Shown: positions 1 through 10,346, counted from the first letter of the stretch. The stretch: 64,000 nt of DNA from an uncultured Chloroflexia bacterium (GCA_963802275.1 CAWDIB010000005.1:84089-148088); one strand, 5' to 3'. Numbers and translations: made by a program. Notes: generated from the sequence alone by a model not told the origin.

Positions 1-204
1 TTCGTCGGTGGACAATCCGATGATGATCTCACCGACCTCCTTTTCCTTCGCCAGGTCAGCAATCCCGCGCGCATCCACCTGGCGGGAGACATGCGCAAGA
101 ATGGCAAATGGTTTGGGAAACCTGCCGCTGGGGTCCGTGAGGGCGATCCCAATGCGCTTGCTGCCCGGGTCGATGCCCATCAGTCGTTTTTGTGTGGTGT
201 GCAT
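1..204 (-). CDS. ruvX: RuvX/YqgF Holliday-junction-resolvase-like nuclease (pre-16S rRNA nuclease), N-terminal 68 codons; gene runs off the left edge
   Basis: Not in the ORF track. My translation of the minus strand from the ATG at 204-202 gives MHTTQKRLMGIDPGSKRIGIALTDPSGRFPKPFAILAH...EIIIGLSTDE. The GIDPGxKRIGIA N-terminus is the YqgF/RuvX signature. Confidence 0.75.
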   Translation of the reverse strand, partial: MHTTQKRLMGIDPGSKRIGIALTDPSGRFPKPFAILAHVSRQVDARGIADLAKEKEVGEIIIGLSTDE

Positions 205-407
205 GCTGGATTAATTATATAGGCATGATCTATAGGTTTGTTTAAATCCGTTTGCACCATCTTTCATCATAAACCGGTGAAACATAAGAGATGAAATCAA
301 TCAATTTCGTTTATTTTCGCCCTATCTAAAATTATTAACATAAATCAGATAAGGCAAACTCAAAAATGCCCATATAATAAATAATCAGATTGCAAAGGAA
401 ACCAGTG

Positions 408-1244
408 ATGAAGAAACTCATAGTTGGTCTCTTATTGGTGCTCATAATAACTTCCTGCAATATCCCCCGTCCAGGACAAATGAGTTTCGAGCAAGTGGTC
501 GCGACGGAAGTGGTGGTTGCCAGTACTGCAACGGCCTTCCAGGAATATGTTGAAGGCACAATCGCATCAACCAAACCCACCCCTTCTCAATCGGTGACAA
601 CCACGCCGGTGCAGGTCACGCCATCGGTCACCCCAACCGCCATCAATTTCAACGAAAAGCTGGGCATGCCAGGCTGGAAGGATGAATTGAACAGCGGCGC
701 TGGCTGGAGCTTATCCAAGCCGAATACCGAAATGCCGAATGTGCTCATCCAGGTGGCGAACGGCGCCCTTTCCATGAGCCGCTCCGTCCCCTACGGCGGC
801 AAGAACTGGTGGCTGAATTACCAGCAGATCAAGGACTTCTACCTGCAGGCAAAATTCAAGACCCAGCTTTGCAACAGCGATGATCAATACGGGCTGGTCT
901 TCCGCGCTCCTAATTACGTTTCAGGCCTGGGCTACTATTTCACCATCACCTGTGACGGCCATTTCAATTTAATGCGCTGGGATGGGAGCGGTGCGGCCAA
1001 CCTGTTCACCTGGGAAAAAGCGGATGCCATCCAGGCCGGCTCCAATCAGACCAACCTGTTGGGCATCTGGGTCAAGCAAAATGTGATCCGCTTGTATGCC
1101 AATGGGGTGCTGCTCAAGGAGATCACTGATTATTCCCTCACCAACAAAGGCCATTTCGGCTTGTTCATTGACTCGCGGCAGACGCCCGGTTTTTCAATTG
1201 AATTGGATGAGATCGCTTATTGGGAGAACCCAAATGACCTCTAA
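408..1244 (+). CDS. secreted lipoprotein with Thr/Pro linker and C-terminal concanavalin/LamG-like beta-sandwich domain; function unknown
   Basis: ORF 390..1244. The ATG at 408 is preceded by AAGGA. Signal peptide plus lipobox MKKLIVGLLLVLIITSC, then linker TTPVQVTPSVTPT. The C-terminal part (GYYFTITCDGHFNLMRW...GHFGLFIDSRQ...ELDEIAYWE) looks like a lectin/glucanase jelly-roll. Confidence 0.6.
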   Translation: MKKLIVGLLLVLIITSCNIPRPGQMSFEQVVATEVVVASTATAFQEYVEGTIASTKPTPSQSVTTTPVQVTPSVTPTAINFNEKLGMPGWKDELNSGAGWSLSKPNTEMPNVLIQVANGALSMSRSVPYGGKNWWLNYQQIKDFYLQAKFKTQLCNSDDQYGLVFRAPNYVSGLGYYFTITCDGHFNLMRWDGSGAANLFTWEKADAIQAGSNQTNLLGIWVKQNVIRLYANGVLLKEITDYSLTNKGHFGLFIDSRQTPGFSIELDEIAYWENPNDL

Positions 1245-2191
1245 CAAAAAGTCATCGACAAAGATAAAAACAGCAGAAGACCTGGAAATCACCCCGGAAG
1301 AACTGTATCTTTCCAGGCGGAAATTCATGCGTAACAGCGCCGTGCTGGGTGCCGGGGCAATGTTGGTGGCTGGGTGCGCGCCAGATTCGACGAGTGGTCC
1401 AAGTGGAATTGCCGCCACCAGCACACCCGTTGTCGATGACAAGGTCAACTCCTTCGAGGAGATCAGCGGGTATACCAATTTTTACGAATTCTCCGAAGAC
1501 AAATCCGGCCCAACCCAGCTGGCCAATAGATTTCAAAAGCTCGCCGTGGACCGTGCGCGTGGATGGACTGGTGAGCAAACCAGCCAATTTTTCGATGGAT
1601 GAAATCAAGACCAAATTTCCTTCCGAGGAACGCATCTACCGCATGCGCTGCGTGGAGGGCTGGTCAATGGTCATCCCCTGGCTGGGTTTTCCACTGCAAA
1701 AGCTGCTCAATGAGGTGCAACCGACAGACCAGGCGAAATATGTGCGCTTTGTGACCCTGCTGGACCCTGCCCAATTTCCGGGCCAGAACAAACCCTCTTA
1801 TCCCTGGCCGTATGTGGAGGGGCTGCGGTTGGATGAAGCCATGCATGACCTGACCATCCTGTCGACTGGTTTATATGGAAAGGACCTGCCGCCCCAGAAC
1901 GGCAGCCCCATCCGCCTGGTGGTGCCATGGAAGTATGGTTTCAAGTCAATTAAATCCATTGTGCACATCGAGCTGGTCGCGGAACAACCGCAGTCTTTAT
2001 GGATGCAGTTGTATCCGGAAGCCTACGGCTTTTATGCCAATGTCAATCCGGATGTATCCCATCCGCGCTGGTCCCAGGCAAACGAGATGCGCATCGGGGA
2101 TAACCGGCGAAGGAAAACTTTGATGTTCAACGGATATGAAGAGCAGGTTGCGCATCTCTACAAGGGCATGGACCTCACGATCAATTACTGA
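1234..2191 (+). pseudogene. msrP: protein-methionine-sulfoxide reductase molybdopterin subunit MsrP (YedY), one apparent frameshift
   Basis: The N-terminus is in the frame of ORF 1096..1602, starting at the ATG at 1234: MTSNKK..., Tat motif [24 protein letters not shown]. The remainder is in ORF 1349..2191: [67 protein letters not shown], all matching MsrP. The frames join if the A4 run at 1535-1538 were A3. Confidence 0.85.
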
Positions 2192-2838
2192 TGAAATTTC
2201 GCCTGACCGTCATTCAAATATTAAATCACCTTGCTTGTGCCATTCCGCTCATCATTATTGTGGTTGGCACTCTCACCGATCAACTGACGGCCAATCCCAT
2301 CCGTGAAGCCACCCTGCGTATCGGACGCACCTCCCTGACCTTTTTACTGCTTTCCTTCTCCTGCCGGCCAATAAGAAACATCCTTGATATGGATGCTTTT
2401 TTATTGATCCGAAAAGACCTCGGGTTGTATGGCGCTTTGTATGCCCTGCTCCACTTCTTGAACTTCATCGGGCGCGACTACCAGTTCACCTGGGCTGATA
2501 TTTATCCATTGATCACCAATCAAACCTTTTTACAGGTTGGCCTGGCGGCATTGGGAATTCTGATTGTTCTGTTGCTTTCTTCCACTTCTTACTTCCAAAG
2601 AAGATTTCCCGGTTTTTGGAAAAAATTCCGTTTTCTTTCTTATACAGCTTTTGGCATTGCCCTTTTCCATTATTACCTGGCGATCAAAGGGGATAAAACT
2701 TCCGTATTGATCAATTTTCTTATTTTTCTGATTCTGGTACTCATCCGCCTGAAACCTTTTCGGAATATTCAATTTCATCTGCCCTTCATGCACAGGTTGA
2801 ATTCAATCCTCAAACACCCTCTTTCGCCGCATGCCTGA
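2191..2838 (+). CDS. msrQ: protein-methionine-sulfoxide reductase heme-binding membrane subunit MsrQ (YedZ, ferric-reductase-like TM domain)
   Basis: 215-aa polytopic membrane protein directly after msrP (TGATG, 1-nt overlap). The size, position and multi-TM His-containing sequence are typical of YedZ. Confidence 0.75.
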   Translation: MKFRLTVIQILNHLACAIPLIIIVVGTLTDQLTANPIREATLRIGRTSLTFLLLSFSCRPIRNILDMDAFLLIRKDLGLYGALYALLHFLNFIGRDYQFTWADIYPLITNQTFLQVGLAALGILIVLLLSSTSYFQRRFPGFWKKFRFLSYTAFGIALFHYYLAIKGDKTSVLINFLIFLILVLIRLKPFRNIQFHLPFMHRLNSILKHPLSPHA

Positions 2839-4942
2839 ATTCCAATTAAACCCCGATCAACAGAAATTAGTGCAGATGGATCCCGCAAGGAAGATCTTTC
2901 TTTGCGGTCCAGCGGGCGGCGGAAAGACCACGGCCGTCATAGCCAGGCTGGAGAATCTGTTCGGCAAAGGACTATCAGCCGATTCCTTTCTGATATTGGT
3001 TCCCCAACGCACGCTGGCCAAACCCTACTATGATTTTTCTTTGGGAAGGAAATTCGTTTTCAAGGGTGAGCCCACCATCCTCACCCTGGGCGGTCTGGCG
3101 CGGCGCATGGATGATCTATTTTGGCCGCTGGCAGCGGGCGAATGCGGTTTCGAATCCACCGTCCTGCCGCCCACTTTTTTGACCATCGAGACAGCCCAGT
3201 ATTTTCTCGCAAAGGTGATAGAGCCCCTGCTGGCCAAAGGTTACTTCAGCGGCATCAACATCGAGCGCAACCGCCTGGCGGGCCAGATCCTGGACAATAT
3301 GAACAAGGCCGCCGTCATCGGCTTTCCCCTGGAGGAGATCGCATCCCGATTGAAGGATGGCAGCCCGCAGGAAATCGGTCTGTGGGCGGCTTTTCAACAG
3401 GCGCAGGAATGTGCACTGCTTTTCCGTGAATACTGCCTGAAATACAACCTGCTGGATTACTCGCTGCAAATGGAAGTGTTCCTCAAACATCTGTGGCCGA
3501 CGACCATTTGCCGCGATCATCTTCTTCAAAAATATCAGCACCTGGTTTACGACAATGTGGAAGAGGATGTGCCGGCCGCGCATGACTGGGTGCGCAACTG
3601 GGCGGACAAGTTGGAATCCCTTTTACTGGTCTATGACGAAAATGGCGGTTTCCGCACCTTTCTCGGCGCAGATGCCGAAAGCGGCAGGAACCTCGCCTAC
3701 ATCTGTGAGGAACAAGTGGTTTTTCAACAGACCTATACCTCCTCAGCAGGAATGCAAACCCTGAACAAAGTTTTGCGTGAAAACATCCTGCTGACCTCCA
3801 AGCCCCAGCCCCAGGTTGAAGTTTTCGAGCAGTTTACCTTTCAACAATTCAATTTTTATCCGGAAATGATCGAGGAAGTCTGTCTCGAGGTTCGCCAGTT
3901 GATTGAAACCGGGGAATCCCCCGGAGATTTTGTCATTTTATCCCCATTTTTATCAGATTCGCTTCTCTTTTCGCTCACAACTAGACTGAACGATCATCAA
4001 ATTCCCTCCTACTCCGCCAGGCCATCGCGTGCCCTCGTACGGGAACCGGTCATCCATTGCCTGGTGGCTTTTGCCAAACTAGCCAATCCCAACCTGCAAT
4101 TGTCAATGGATGCCATTGAGATGAGACAGGCATTGATGACCGCCATTGAAGGGATGGATGCTGTCCGCGCGCAATTGATCTGCAAAACATTGTTCAACGA
4201 ACGGCATCCCGATACCGGGTTGGGTTCATTTAATAATTTGAAAGGGGAATTACCAGAAAGGATAACTTACCTTTTCGGGGAAAAAGTGGAAAAGATCAGA
4301 TCCTGGCTCAATGACTATAAAGAAGGAGAGGTCCTGCCTTTATTTGGTTTCTGGAGCCGCCTTTTTGGCGAGGTGCTTTCCCAGCCGGGCTTTGGCTTTC
4401 ACCAGGATTTCAATGCCGCCGAACTCACCGCCAGGCTGATCCTGTCCGCCAAACGTTTCCGGCAGTTGATGCTTCCACTGCCTGGATTCAATGAAATCGA
4501 TTGCGGCCGTGAATACATCGCCTTGTTGCAGTCGGGTCTGCTTGGTGCCTTATTCTTTGAAGCGGGCGAGCATCCGCAAGCGGTACTGATTGCCCCGGCG
4601 TTCACCTACTTAATGACCAACCGGGCCGTCAAGTACCAATTCTGGCTGGATATTGGCAGCAACGGCTGGTGGGAGCGGCTCAATCAGCCCCTCACCCACC
4701 CCTACGTGCTCAGCCGGCACTGGCCAGGTGGCAAACCCTGGCAGGACAGCGATGAAATCAAAGCCAACCAGGTCACATTGGCCAGGTTGGTGGATGGCCT
4801 GCTCAGCCGTTGCAGCCGGCATCTTTACCTCTACATGGCGGGCATGGATGACCAGGGGCGTGAACAGCGCAACCAGCTTTTACAGGCGTTCAACCTGCTC
4901 TACCGCCGGGCTAACCGGGAGAAGGTGGACCACCATGTTTAA
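2831..4942 (+). CDS. UvrD-fold, AddB/RexB-like helicase-related protein (Walker A intact, motif II degenerate, no nuclease domain)
   Basis: 703 aa. Walker A is LCGPAGGGKTTAV. The position of helicase motif II reads YDNVEED instead of DExQD. C-terminal remnants of UvrD domain 2A are present (AVLIAPAFTYL..., RHLYLYMAGMD in place of LLYVGxTRA). The start overlaps the msrQ stop (ATGCCTGA). Confidence 0.6.
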   Translation: MPEFQLNPDQQKLVQMDPARKIFLCGPAGGGKTTAVIARLENLFGKGLSADSFLILVPQRTLAKPYYDFSLGRKFVFKGEPTILTLGGLARRMDDLFWPLAAGECGFESTVLPPTFLTIETAQYFLAKVIEPLLAKGYFSGINIERNRLAGQILDNMNKAAVIGFPLEEIASRLKDGSPQEIGLWAAFQQAQECALLFREYCLKYNLLDYSLQMEVFLKHLWPTTICRDHLLQKYQHLVYDNVEEDVPAAHDWVRNWADKLESLLLVYDENGGFRTFLGADAESGRNLAYICEEQVVFQQTYTSSAGMQTLNKVLRENILLTSKPQPQVEVFEQFTFQQFNFYPEMIEEVCLEVRQLIETGESPGDFVILSPFLSDSLLFSLTTRLNDHQIPSYSARPSRALVREPVIHCLVAFAKLANPNLQLSMDAIEMRQALMTAIEGMDAVRAQLICKTLFNERHPDTGLGSFNNLKGELPERITYLFGEKVEKIRSWLNDYKEGEVLPLFGFWSRLFGEVLSQPGFGFHQDFNAAELTARLILSAKRFRQLMLPLPGFNEIDCGREYIALLQSGLLGALFFEAGEHPQAVLIAPAFTYLMTNRAVKYQFWLDIGSNGWWERLNQPLTHPYVLSRHWPGGKPWQDSDEIKANQVTLARLVDGLLSRCSRHLYLYMAGMDDQGREQRNQLLQAFNLLYRRANREKVDHHV

Positions 4943-7176
4943 AGCCCGCCCGAACCAGGCAGAGATCATCAGTTTCCAGAGAGGCCGCATGGGGGTGTCG
5001 GCTGTACCCGGCAGCGGCAAGACCCATACCCTCTCGCGCCTGGCAGCCAACCTGATCGCCGAAAACCGAATTAATGATGACCAGGAGGTGTTGATCGTCA
5101 CATTGGTGAATTCCTCGGTGGATAATTTTTCACAAAGGATCAATAAATTCATCCGTGAATACAACCTGCTCCCCAATTTTGGTTACCGGGTGCGCACCCT
5201 GCATGGGTTGGCCCATGACATCGTGAAAGAACGGCCTTCATTGGTACAGCTTGAGGAGCATTTTGAGATTGCCGATGAAACAGAAACTCAGGAGATCATC
5301 GATCAAATTTGCACCCACTGGTTGAAAACAAACCCATCCTTTGTGGAACAATATAAGAATGAGTCCATCTCCAACCATGGCAGTGGAATGGTGAAACAGG
5401 GATGGGAGAGGCTGGTGACCGACATTGCCGGCAGCTTCATCCGTCAGGCCAAGGATATGGAATATACCATAGAGGACATGCGCAACCTGGTCAGCAGGAA
5501 AAAGATATCTTCCCCATTTATGGATCTTGGCTTGCATGCTTATAGCGAATACCAACGGGCACTTTCATTCCGGGGAGCGGTGGATTTTGAAGACCTCATC
5601 CGCCTGGCGATCAAGGCACTGAAAGCCGACCCGGCATTTCTTGAGCGCTTATCCCGCCGCTGGCCGTACATCCTTGAGGATGAAGCCCAGGACAGCAGCA
5701 TGCTGCAGGAAAAGATATTGCGCCTGCTGGCGGATGCCGGCAGTGCCTGGGTGCGAGTTGGCGACCCCAACCAGGCCATCTACGAGACCTTTACCACCGC
5801 CAGCCCGCGGTTTTTGAAGAAATTCATGCAGGATGAAGGCGTGCAGGGTCGCAGCCTGCCACACTCCGGTCGTTCCACGCTGAGCATCATTGACCTTGCC
5901 AATCATCTGATTTGTTGGACCAATGACGCCCACCCCGTAAATGAAATCCGTGACGCACTGACACCCCCGCTGATCGAACCCACCCCCGAAGGCGATCCGC
6001 AGCCGAATCCAGCGGATCAACCGGATGACATCCATTTGTACCTGGTCAAGCAGGAACCAGCCGAGGAAATTCAATCCATCGTGCGCTCATTAAAGAAAAT
6101 CCTGGCGGCTGATAAGGAAAAAACCATCGCCATCCTGGTTCCGCGTAATGATCGCGGCGCTGAAATGGTGGGCGCATTGCAGGCTGCCGGCATCGAGTAC
6201 CTGGAATTGCTGCACACCAGCAATACCACCCGCAAAGCCGCCCGGATGCTGGGCAAGGTGCTGCAATTCATGGCTGATCCTACCAAACCATCAGCGCTGG
6301 CCGAGTTATTTAGCAACTATGCTGATTATGTAACTGATAAAGGCAAAAAGGATGAGCGAATTCAGCAGATCAGCAGGATACTTCAGAAGCTGGACAAGAT
6401 GGAAGATTTCATCGCCCCGATGCCCACCAGCAATGTCCTGGAGAAAATTCGGGAAGGCCTTCAGGATCCTTTTATGGTGGATATCCTAAGCAACTTTCAG
6501 GAAAAGGTCCATTTCTGGCAGAAGGCATCCCTGCTGCCGATAGACCAGTTCATCCTGACCATCGCCATGACCGTCTTCACCCAACGCCGCCGACCTGGCC
6601 ACCGCTTACAAGATCGCCAATTTCCTGGAGCGCAACCAGAAGCTCCACCCGGAATGGAACTTCAATGATTTCACCACCCAATTGAATGCCATTGCCGCCA
6701 ACCGCATCCGCATGTCCGGCTTTTCGGATGAAGATATTGGCTTTGACCCTGACCTGTACAAAGGCAAGGTCATTGTCTCCACCATCCACAAGGCCAAGGG
6801 CCTGGAATGGGACCGCGTATATCTCCTGTCGGTCAATAATTACGACTTCCCATCTTTCGAAGAAAAGGATGAATACATCGCCGAGCGCTGGTTCATCCGC
6901 GATGATCTCAATCTCCAGGCGGAAAACCTGGCTCAATTGAAAGCCCTGGCTGAACAAGCCGACGATGAAAAGAACAGCTTGGAAGGACGGGCAACAGAAC
7001 AAGCCCGGCTGGATTATTGCGCGGAGCGGTTGCGGCTGCTTTTCGTGGGTATCACCCGCGCGCGCAAGGAGCTGATCCTCACCTGGAATACCGGGCGGCA
7101 CGGACAATGCCACCCCGCCCTGGCATTTCAAGAATTGGCCCGTTTTTGGAAGGAAAAACATGGAACTGCCGGATAA
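4935..7176 (+). pseudogene. UvrD/PcrA/AddA-type superfamily-1 DNA helicase, one apparent frameshift
   Basis: Starts at the ATG at 4935 (MFKARPNQAEII...). Motifs I AVPGSGKTHTLS, II ILEDEAQDSS and III VGDPNQAIY lie in ORF 4653..6668. After a frame change at the C-run 6580-6582, the protein continues (NAADLATAYKIANFLERNQ...) into ORF 6682..7176 with VSTIHKAKGLEWDRVYL and LLFVGITRARKELIL. Confidence 0.8.
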
Positions 7177-7975
7177 ATTTCGCTTCAGCCAGAATAACCT
7201 GCAGGATTTCTCCGACTGCCCGCGCCGTTTTGAGTTGAAATACCTTTTAAAACAACAATGGCCGGCCGTGGTCAGCGAACCCATCCTGGAATTTGAGCAG
7301 CACCAGCAACTGGGCCGGTCATTCCATACCCTCATTCAGCGCCACCTGGCCGGCATTCCTGCGCAGGTATTGGAAGATTCCCTCACCGACCCGCTCCTGC
7401 ATGGCTGGTGGAAAAATTACCTGGTTTTTATTGAGCAATTTAAAGAACATCAATGCCTGGCTGAAGTCACCAGGACGATCCCCTTTGCCGGTTACCACCT
7501 GACCGCCACCTTTGACTGCCTGGTGTTGGATGGCGATAATGGCATCACCATCCTGGACTGGAAAACGAGCCGTTTTAAGATGCCCGCTAAAACCCTTGCC
7601 AATCGAATTCAAAGCCAGGTTTATCCATTTATTTGTTACGAAACATACAAGGATGAGCTGCCGGCGGAAAACATCACCTTAATTTATTGGTTCCCGGAAT
7701 ATCCTGATGAACCTGTAAAGTTTTCCTATTCATCCAACCAGCACAAAGAAGCGGGCATTCTATTACACGAACTGGTTAAATCAATCACCGACAACGAACC
7801 AGGTGGTTTCCCTTTGACCGATAATGAAAAAACTTGTCAGTATTGCGCGTACCGTTCTCTGTGCAACCGCGGGGTGAAAGCCGGTTCCATGGCGGATGCT
7901 GCTGCGATGCAAACCGATCTTACTTCTCAATTAGATGGTTTGGACTTCAATTCCATTGAGGAAATCCAGTTTTGA
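7160..7975 (+). CDS. free-standing PD-(D/E)XK nuclease with AddB/Cas4-type 4-Cys Fe-S cluster motif
   Basis: 271 aa. N-terminal Cys in FSDCPRRF plus C-terminal CQYCAYRSLC (C-X2-C-X5-C). RecB-family motifs are FDCLVLD...ITILDWKTS and QSQVY (QxxxY). SD GGAAGGA lies upstream, and the gene overlaps the helicase 3' end by 17 nt. Confidence 0.75.
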   Translation: MELPDKFRFSQNNLQDFSDCPRRFELKYLLKQQWPAVVSEPILEFEQHQQLGRSFHTLIQRHLAGIPAQVLEDSLTDPLLHGWWKNYLVFIEQFKEHQCLAEVTRTIPFAGYHLTATFDCLVLDGDNGITILDWKTSRFKMPAKTLANRIQSQVYPFICYETYKDELPAENITLIYWFPEYPDEPVKFSYSSNQHKEAGILLHELVKSITDNEPGGFPLTDNEKTCQYCAYRSLCNRGVKAGSMADAAAMQTDLTSQLDGLDFNSIEEIQF

Positions 7976-10287
7976 TCAAAACAGGAAAAACATGGGTTCT
8001 GCCTGAAAAAGTCCATTTACCGGAATCCATCGCCCAATTATTCCCCGATCACCATTTCCTGGCGCAGGCAGTCTTTACACGCGGCATTACGGATGCTGCC
8101 AAGGCAGCTGCTTTCTTAGACCCCAACCAATACCAACCCACATCCCCCGATGCTTTTGCTGATATGGAAAAAGCGGTTGAACGAATTGAGCTAGCAATCC
8201 GCCGCGGAGAACGGATCGGTATCTGGGGCGATTTCGATGTGGACGGGCAGACTTCCACCGCGCTCCTGGTTTCCTGCCTGAGGTACCCTGGGAAGCTGAT
8301 GTGGAATTTCCATATCCCAATCCGTGCATCTGAAAGTCATGGGATAAAAACTGATTACCTTGGGGAATTTCTTCAAAAAGGCATTCGCCTGCTGATCAGC
8401 TGTGACACAGGCATTACTGCTGTTGAGGCAGTCTCGGCAGCCAATGCCGCTGGGGTGGATGTCATCATAACCGACCATCACAGTCTTACTGACGAGCTCC
8501 CACCTGCGTATGCCATCATCAATCCCAACCTGCTGGCGGCTGACCATCCATTCAGCGCCCTCAGCGGAGTCGGGACGGCCTATCAATTGGCGCGCGCCCT
8601 CCTGGAATTTAAAGGCAAAGCGCAATTGGCTGACCAGCTTTTAGACCTGGTAGCGCTGGGCACGGTGGCGGATTTGGCGACCTTGAATGCTGAAAATCGT
8701 TACCTGGTACAAAAAGGTCTGCAATCATTAAGGGAAAACAAGCGCAAAGGCCTGGGTGAATTACTCACCCTGGCTGCCACTGACCCGACTCGGTTGACCG
8801 AAGAGCAAATCGGTTTTGTCATCGCGCCGCGCATGAACGCCATCGGGCGGCTGGGGGATGCCAACAGCATGGTGGAATTCCTGCTCACAGATAATGAAAC
8901 AAGAGCGAAGGAATTTGCAATTGAACTTGAAAATCTGAATTTTGAGCGAAAGATGGCCGTGGATAGTGTATTTAAGGGCGCCATCCGGCAGTGGCAGGAT
9001 AATGTGGAATGGATGGATCAGCCGGTGCTGGTGCTGGCTGATTCCCATTGGGAAGCCGGTGTAAATGGCATCGTTGCCAGCCGCCTGGTGAATCAACTGG
9101 CGAAGCCTTCGCTGATCATCACTAAGGGGAGCAATGGAATCGCCCATGGTTCTGCCAGGTCAGTGGCAGGAGTGGACATCATCCAATTGATCAGCGGGCA
9201 GAAAGATTTATTAATGAGCTTTGGCGGTCATCCGATGGCGGCCGGATTTGCCCTTACAAACGAGCACATTGCTCAATTTCGTGATCGCATTAATATCGAT
9301 TGCCAAAACACCTACGGGAAATTACTGCTGCAAAATGAATTGAGTATCGATGCTCTTTATCCCCTCAGTTCCATCGATGAGGTCCTGGCAGAGGATATTG
9401 AAAAGTTGGCGCCCTTTGGTCCTGGGAATCCCCGCATCGTTCTAACCTCCCGTCAGGCGAAAATTCTGAAACATTCAGCCATCGGGAAAAACAAGGAGCA
9501 TCTAAAAATCAATGTACAGGATTCATCCGGCGCCAGCCAGGAGCTGATTTGGTGGCAGGGAGAAGAAACCTTCCTCCCGGATGGCGAATTTGACCTTGCC
9601 TACTCCATCCGTGCCCATGACTATCAAGGCAGGAGAACCGCACAGTTGGAATGGCTGGACTGGCGCGAATCCACCTGCGAAGAAATCAGCATAACAACCA
9701 CCTCTTCCAAAGTTGTTGATTGCCGAACATTTTCCATTAACCAGGTTCAGGAAAAGCTGGCTTCCATCCAGGATAAGAATTCAATCATCTGGTTGGAAGG
9801 AATCAAATGGGAAGGCGTGAATACCCGCAACCGAATCCAATTATCAAATGCTGATCTCCTCGTAATCTTATCAATCCCCCCGGCGAAGTCTGTCCTTCGG
9901 GAAGCATTGGAGAAGGTCAAGCCCAAGGAGGTTTGGTTGGGAGGGGTTAACCCTGGAATGGATGAAAAGAATGTATTTTTAAAGAGACTCGCCGGGTTAT
10001 TAAAACATGCCCTGAATCAAAAGGATGGTATTCTAGACTTAGAAATTCTGGCTGCAATGACATCACAAACAATTGATGCAGCCTTGCTCGGCACACAATT
10101 ATTGGCTGCACAGGGTCAAATCGTGATTGAAGATTCAACAGACCGGCAGCTCAAGATTGGCAAAGGCGGCCAAAAAGACAAGTTAAAAGAGCTACAAATT
10201 TCTATGGACTTGGAAAAAGTTTTACAGGAAAGCGCACCGTTTCGCCGATTTTACCTTGCTGCCGATGTTTCTCAAATACTAACATGA
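7972..10287 (+). CDS. recJ: single-stranded-DNA-specific exonuclease RecJ (DHH/DHHA1) with long C-terminal extension
   Basis: 771 aa. Motifs GDFDVDGQTS, SCDTG, ITDHHS and FGGHPMAAGF are present. The TTG start overlaps the upstream stop (TTGA). About 200 residues lie beyond the usual RecJ core. Confidence 0.85.
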   Translation: MIKTGKTWVLPEKVHLPESIAQLFPDHHFLAQAVFTRGITDAAKAAAFLDPNQYQPTSPDAFADMEKAVERIELAIRRGERIGIWGDFDVDGQTSTALLVSCLRYPGKLMWNFHIPIRASESHGIKTDYLGEFLQKGIRLLISCDTGITAVEAVSAANAAGVDVIITDHHSLTDELPPAYAIINPNLLAADHPFSALSGVGTAYQLARALLEFKGKAQLADQLLDLVALGTVADLATLNAENRYLVQKGLQSLRENKRKGLGELLTLAATDPTRLTEEQIGFVIAPRMNAIGRLGDANSMVEFLLTDNETRAKEFAIELENLNFERKMAVDSVFKGAIRQWQDNVEWMDQPVLVLADSHWEAGVNGIVASRLVNQLAKPSLIITKGSNGIAHGSARSVAGVDIIQLISGQKDLLMSFGGHPMAAGFALTNEHIAQFRDRINIDCQNTYGKLLLQNELSIDALYPLSSIDEVLAEDIEKLAPFGPGNPRIVLTSRQAKILKHSAIGKNKEHLKINVQDSSGASQELIWWQGEETFLPDGEFDLAYSIRAHDYQGRRTAQLEWLDWRESTCEEISITTTSSKVVDCRTFSINQVQEKLASIQDKNSIIWLEGIKWEGVNTRNRIQLSNADLLVILSIPPAKSVLREALEKVKPKEVWLGGVNPGMDEKNVFLKRLAGLLKHALNQKDGILDLEILAAMTSQTIDAALLGTQLLAAQGQIVIEDSTDRQLKIGKGGQKDKLKELQISMDLEKVLQESAPFRRFYLAADVSQILT

Positions 10288-10329
10288 TAATTCTTATCCG
10301 ATTCTTCATAATTCATTCATTTATGAGCT

Positions 10330-10338
10330 TGGTATAAT
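10330..10338 (+). promoter_or_regulatory. extended -10 element TGgTATAAT, 8 nt upstream of the ATG at 10347 (candidate leaderless promoter)
   Basis: Read directly from the sequence: ...cttggtataatccaccaaaATG. No Shine-Dalgarno sequence can fit in the gap. Confidence 0.45.
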
Positions 10339-10346
10339 CCACCAAA

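Noticed and set aside
1528-1545. Possible programmed ribosomal frameshift at TTTCAAAAG in msrP, and similar sites in other broken genes.
   Set aside because: There is no canonical slippery heptamer and no downstream structure. The many other breaks occur at unrelated sequences, and the family is not known to use recoding. A simple indel is the more economical explanation.
3136-3160. tRNA T-arm-like string GGTTTCGAATCCACC.
   Set aside because: It is embedded in-frame in the 703-aa helicase-like CDS. No acceptor, D or anticodon arms can be built around it, and the flanking stem does not pair.
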